Assembly (NCBI GenBank): GCA_024275415.1 | Contig: JAJRZD010000068.1 | Span: forward strand, 1-21,385 | Direction: 5' to 3' | Length of the DNA stretch: 21,385 nucleotides | From: an archaeon | GTDB lineage: Archaea > Asgardarchaeota > Thorarchaeia > Thorarchaeales > Thorarchaeaceae | Part shown: one piece after another, positions 17,241-21,385 of the stretch | Numbering within the stretch: position 1 is the first letter of the stretch | Layout of the letters: every line of letters starts with the position of its first letter | Made by a program: the position numbers and the translations under genes | Notes under the pieces: model-generated | What the model saw: the letters and a program-made list of their open reading frames with translations, nothing else | Databases searched by the model: none | Told to the model about the DNA's origin: nothing

Positions 17241-18674
17241 TTAAGCACTGTCTATGAAATCCCTGACATGGAAGATGCCTATGATATTGGTTCGTCCGGG
17301 GATATGCCGGATCCCTGAGGTGAAGACGATATCCTTGTCATCGCCTAGATGTCCCTTTGCATACACTGCCCTGATGGACTCCTTCACCAGATCATCTACG
17401 TCATCCACAGTACGCTCGTATCTGATAGGATGGACTCCCCAAAGGAGCCGGAGTCGCCGCATGACAGTCGCATCTCGTGTGACTGCATAGATATGAGTGG
17501 GTGGTCTGAACTTGGAGATCCATCGTGCAGTAAAGCCACTTCGTGTGGCTGTTATGATGCCATCAACCTTGTCGGGGAGGACTGAGACTGCGTTATATAC
17601 GAGGTTGCCGATGACTTCGACGATCAGTTTCTCGGGGGATGTGAGATCCATAGGGTTGACAGGGGTTATCTTCTTTTCCGCGTTCCTGACGATGCGCTCC
17701 ATCATAGCGACCGCCTCGATAGGGTTGTGTCCCATGGCGGTTTCTGCGCTAAGCATGACGGCATCAGCCCTGTCAAAAACTGCATGGGCTACATCACTCA
17801 CTTCGGCTCTGGTTGGGATACGCTCGTGGGTCATTGATTCGAGCATATGTGTCGCCACAATCGAGGGTCGTGCCCACACGTTTGCTTTGCGGATCAATTC
17901 CCTTTGCAGGACTGGGACTGTTTCGATTGGCACTTCTATGCCAAGATCTCCTCTTGCGACCATGACCCCATGCGACTCTCTTAGGATTTCGTCATAGTTG
18001 CGGATAGCAAGAAGGTGTTCTATCTTACATATGACATCCGCATTCTTTGGACCGTTGCTCTCGATGATTGCATTCACTCTTCTGACATCTTCGCCATCTA
18101 TGACAAATGATAGTGCGATCAGGTCAGGTTCGAGCTCGGCAGCTAGATCTAAGTCCTTGAGATCTTTCTCGGTCGGCAGATGGCATGATAGGCGGATTCC
18201 GGGGATGTTCACACCCTTCCTACTAGAGATTGGCCCGCCATTTGTGACCTTTGTGATTATGTCTTCATCCTGAACCTCCACGACCTCAAGCCTCACGATG
18301 CCATCATTTATGGCAATGGTATCACCTGCTTTGACATCCTGTGGTAGTTCCTTATGGGATATTGACACCCTTTCCTTATCGCCGACAAAATCGGCTATTG
18401 AGAGAGTAAAGACCTGTCCTGCTTCAAGTTCAACAGGCTCCTTCATCTCACCTATTCGGATTTTCGGTCCTTGAAGGTCGAACAGGACTGCGATAGTTTC
18501 ATCAACTGAACGAATAAGGTCCAATGTCTTTCTTGCGGAGCTGTGATTCTCATGAGAGAGGTTGATTCGGGCGACATCCATCCCTGCTTCGGCCATCCCA
18601 GTGAGTGTTTCTTTTGATTTTGAAGCGGGACCCACAGTGCATACGATTTTCGTCCTCGTCTGTTCAGCTACCAT
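17241..18674 (-). CDS. pyk: Pyruvate kinase, 477 aa
   Basis: Motifs TKIVCTVGPAS, ARINLSH, DLQGPKIRIG, KIE, MVARGDLGIE, MLESM, PTRAEVSDVA and AVMLSAETA. SD GAGGTG. Confidence 0.98.
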   Translation of the reverse strand: MVAEQTRTKIVCTVGPASKSKETLTGMAEAGMDVARINLSHENHSSARKTLDLIRSVDETIAVLFDLQGPKIRIGEMKEPVELEAGQVFTLSIADFVGDKERVSISHKELPQDVKAGDTIAINDGIVRLEVVEVQDEDIITKVTNGGPISSRKGVNIPGIRLSCHLPTEKDLKDLDLAAELEPDLIALSFVIDGEDVRRVNAIIESNGPKNADVICKIEHLLAIRNYDEILRESHGVMVARGDLGIEVPIETVPVLQRELIRKANVWARPSIVATHMLESMTHERIPTRAEVSDVAHAVFDRADAVMLSAETAMGHNPIEAVAMMERIVRNAEKKITPVNPMDLTSPEKLIVEVIGNLVYNAVSVLPDKVDGIITATRSGFTARWISKFRPPTHIYAVTRDATVMRRLRLLWGVHPIRYERTVDDVDDLVKESIRAVYAKGHLGDDKDIVFTSGIRHIPGRTNIIGIFHVRDFIDSA

Positions 18675-18834
18675 CTTTCATGACACCTCTATTTCCGTCT
18701 GTTGTAATCGTCCTATTCCCTAAATGTATATGGTTCATGTCCATGCTTTTTGATTGTCTATAGAGATTAACATAAATCCAAGTTCCTTTCTCTCAAAACT
18801 TGAACAAGTGATTTTTCTCAAAGCGGTGATACAA
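18675..18834. promoter_or_regulatory. Probable bidirectional promoter region between pyk and eno-apgM
   Basis: 160-nt AT-rich spacer between divergent genes, with an SD-like site at each end. Exact TATA boxes were not pinned down. Confidence 0.5.
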
Positions 18835-20133
18835 GTGGTTGAGATTGCAAAGATTAAGGCGATGGAGATTCTTGACTCCAGAGGAAACCCAACACTGATG
18901 ACACGAGTGACTTTATCCGATGGGACTGAAGGTATTGCAAAGGTTCCGAGTGGAGCATCAACAGGCGAGAACGAGGCCGTCGAGTTGCGGGATGGCGGCT
19001 CTCGATATCTAGGAAAGGGTGTTCTACAGGCTGTTGCCAATGTGAATACCACTATCTATGAGGCGCTAAAGGGTGTAGATCCCCTGTCGCAGAATGATAT
19101 CGACAAGCGCTTGTTGGAACTCGACCCAAGCAAAGGGAAAGGCAAACTTGGCGCGAACGCTATCCTCTCTGTATCCATGGCAACTGCAGTCGCAGCAGCC
19201 AAACACCTTGGAGTAGAACTGTTCGAGTACATCAGATCCAACGTGATTGGTAAGGATGCAAGGTACCTACAGCCTGTCCCCATGTCGAACGTGATTAATG
19301 GTGGCGCACACGCGGGGAATGACCTCGCAATTCAGGAATTCATGATTCTGCCAGTTGGCTCAAAGAGCATCGTTGAGGCAATACAGTGCTTGTCAGAGGT
19401 CTACCATCATCTTGGCAAAATCCTGATAACGAAATACGGGCGAATGGGCAAGCATGTCGGCGATGAAGGCGGATTCTGTGGATTCGGATTGAAGTCCTCA
19501 CATGACGCATTTAGCGAGATAGTCAATGCCATAGAAGCGGCAGGCTATGAGCAGGAGAAGGATGTCGTGCTCGGAATGGATGCAGCTGCGAGCGGGTTCT
19601 ACAAGGATGGAGCATACACTTTGGATGGCAAGTCGCTGACCTCGGGCGAGCTCATCGATTACTATATCGACCTCGAACGGACGTTCCCGATTCGCACCGT
19701 GGAGGATCCATTTGACGAGCATGCCTTTGACGAGTTCGCCGAGTACGTGAAGAAGACAGATGTACAGGTCGTCACCGATGACCTCACCGTATCGAATCCC
19801 GAGATTGTGAAAAAGGCGATTGACCTGAAGGCTGGAAATGCGCTTCTTCTGAAGGTCAATCAAATCGGGTCAGTGACCGAGGCAATCGAGGCTGCAAAGG
19901 TAGCGTTTGCTGCTGATTGGGGGGTTGTTGTGAGCCACAGGTCTGGAGAAACCAGTGACACGTTTATTGCCGACCTTGCCGTTGCCCTTGGTGCTGGACA
20001 GATAAAGACCGGAGGGCCTGCCAGAAGCGATCGTGTCGAGAAGTATAACCGTCTTCTGGAGATACATTCCATCCTAGATGGCAAGTGCGATTATCCTAGC
20101 ACTGATTTTAGAACTGCATGGAGGAAGTTCTAG
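18835..20133 (+). CDS. eno: Enolase (phosphopyruvate hydratase), about 432 aa
   Basis: Motifs EILDSRGNPT, VPSGASTG, GANAILSVS, NVINGGAHA, GDEGGF, EDPF, DDL, LKVNQIGS, SHRSGET and GQIKTG. The start is placed at GTG 18835 after a GGTGA SD; the track's 18754 start adds a non-enolase leader. Confidence 0.98.
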   Translation: MVEIAKIKAMEILDSRGNPTLMTRVTLSDGTEGIAKVPSGASTGENEAVELRDGGSRYLGKGVLQAVANVNTTIYEALKGVDPLSQNDIDKRLLELDPSKGKGKLGANAILSVSMATAVAAAKHLGVELFEYIRSNVIGKDARYLQPVPMSNVINGGAHAGNDLAIQEFMILPVGSKSIVEAIQCLSEVYHHLGKILITKYGRMGKHVGDEGGFCGFGLKSSHDAFSEIVNAIEAAGYEQEKDVVLGMDAAASGFYKDGAYTLDGKSLTSGELIDYYIDLERTFPIRTVEDPFDEHAFDEFAEYVKKTDVQVVTDDLTVSNPEIVKKAIDLKAGNALLLKVNQIGSVTEAIEAAKVAFAADWGVVVSHRSGETSDTFIADLAVALGAGQIKTGGPARSDRVEKYNRLLEIHSILDGKCDYPSTDFRTAWRKF

Positions 20134-20137
20134 CGAG

Positions 20138-21379
20138 ATGTCTGGACACCGGACAGCTGTGCTTGTGGTGCTTGACGGTCTGGGAGACCGACCACATCCG
20201 GATCTGAATGGTCAGACTCCCCTCCAAGCGGCTAAGACCCCTACGTTTGATAGACTTGCAAAGGAGGGACAATCAGGTCTCATGGAAGTCTTGGGCCCTG
20301 GGATTACCCCTGGTAGTGATGCCGCACATCTCACTCTATTCGGATATGACTTCAAAGAGACCTATCCTGGTCGGGGACCACTTGAGGCTCTCGGTGCAGG
20401 CTTACCTTCAAAGCCCGGTGATGTCGCGTTCCGTTCTAATTTTGCAACCGTGGATGAGAATCTCATAGTTGTTGACCGTAGAGCAGGGCGTGAGTTCACT
20501 CCTGAAGAACATAGGATACTAGAAGAGGCATTGAAAGATATCGAGGTCGAAGGCGTCAAGATCCATTTCATTGCCACAGTTGAGCACAGGGGTGCACTTG
20601 TCCTTGAAGGTGAAGGTCTCTCAGGAGCAATCACTGATAATGACCCTCATGAGACCGGCAAGAGAATACTGGAATCCAAAGCGAAAGTGCCCGAAGCTGA
20701 GAAGACTGCACAGGTTGTCAACAAGCTCGTTGATATCTCGTATCAACGATTGAAGGATCTGGACATGAACAGGGAACGAGAGGCACGGGGTCTTCCTCCT
20801 GCCAATATCTTACTTCTACGTGGATCCGGCAAGCATGGTGAGATTCCTACCCTGCAAGACAGATATGGCATCTCTTCTGTGTGTCTTGCTGGTGGTGCGC
20901 TCTACATCGGGTGCGCGAAGTATGTAGGGATGAAGCATATCCCTGTCGAGGGGCAGACGGGCACAATTGACACCAATTTCGATGGTATTGCGGAAAAGGC
21001 AATCGAGTCCATCAACTCAGGAGTCAACTACCTGTTCATCCATATCAAGGCTCCAGATAATGCCAGTCATGACATGAACCCTGAGGAGAAGGTTCTCGCA
21101 ATTGAGAAAACCGATGAAATGGTGGGCAAGATAGTGCAGTCTGTTGGTGACAAGATTGTGCTGGCCGTGTTAGGGGATCACACAAGTCCCTGTTCTGTCG
21201 GCGAGCATACAAGTGACCCGGTTCCCGTTGTTCTTTGGAGCAATTTCATCAGGCCGGACACAGTGACGCAGTTCTCCGAGATGCACGCACCCTCTGGGGC
21301 TTTACATACGATTCGTGGTATTGACATAATGCCCATCCTCCTAGGGTATGCGGGTTATATTGGGAAAGTAGGTGCATGA
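20138..21379 (+). CDS. apgM: 2,3-bisphosphoglycerate-independent phosphoglycerate mutase, archaeal type, about 413 aa
   Basis: Motifs LDGLGDRP, TPLQAAKTP, PGSDAAHL, YPGRGPLEALG, DRRAGR, HIKAPDNASHD, GDHTSP and HTSDPVP. ATG 20138 starts 4 nt after the eno stop, whereas the track's 20078 start overlaps eno. Confidence 0.96.
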   Translation: MSGHRTAVLVVLDGLGDRPHPDLNGQTPLQAAKTPTFDRLAKEGQSGLMEVLGPGITPGSDAAHLTLFGYDFKETYPGRGPLEALGAGLPSKPGDVAFRSNFATVDENLIVVDRRAGREFTPEEHRILEEALKDIEVEGVKIHFIATVEHRGALVLEGEGLSGAITDNDPHETGKRILESKAKVPEAEKTAQVVNKLVDISYQRLKDLDMNREREARGLPPANILLLRGSGKHGEIPTLQDRYGISSVCLAGGALYIGCAKYVGMKHIPVEGQTGTIDTNFDGIAEKAIESINSGVNYLFIHIKAPDNASHDMNPEEKVLAIEKTDEMVGKIVQSVGDKIVLAVLGDHTSPCSVGEHTSDPVPVVLWSNFIRPDTVTQFSEMHAPSGALHTIRGIDIMPILLGYAGYIGKVGA

Positions 21380-21385
21380 AGAAGA

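Noticed and set aside
14015-20753. Numerous antisense or alternate-frame track ORFs (e.g. 14447-14890, 14805-15290, 16027-16455, 17497-17997, 19498-19863)
   Set aside because: These are shadows of well-supported genes in higher-GC sequence, with no motifs or ribosome-binding sites.
1-21385. CRISPR array, rRNA, tRNA or defence system
   Set aside because: No regularly spaced repeats, RNA-gene signatures or nuclease/ATPase defence domains were seen.

Overview
Archaeal genomic window. The evidence is the ApgM-type phosphoglycerate mutase, GGTGA/GAGGTG Shine-Dalgarno sites and dolichol-type glycosylation genes. An Asgard (Thorarchaeia-like) origin is my impression only and is not demonstrated. 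Positions 1-15.4 kb form a surface-glycosylation locus. It contains a partial >700-aa GT-C-like membrane protein missing from the ORF track, a sugar-phosphate nucleotidyltransferase, GT2, Wzx-like flippase and GT4. It also holds a pseudogenised IS5-like element, two convergent paralogous GT-C-like membrane proteins each coupled to a partner gene (a 467-aa sequon-rich anchored protein and an 81-aa two-TM protein), and a DPM-synthase-like GT2. A hidden IS110 transposase remnant and a nucleotide-sugar dehydrogenase end the locus. Next comes a membrane-anchored arylsulfotransferase-fold protein that appears to lack its catalytic histidine, then a lower-glycolysis cluster (pyk divergent from eno-apgM). 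The best candidate for an undescribed system is the 7.9-13.5 kb cassette, which looks like a Dol-P-sugar-dependent extracytoplasmic glycosylation module with a possible DPM2/PIG-P-like small subunit. All alignments and motif mappings were done by eye; no searches were run.
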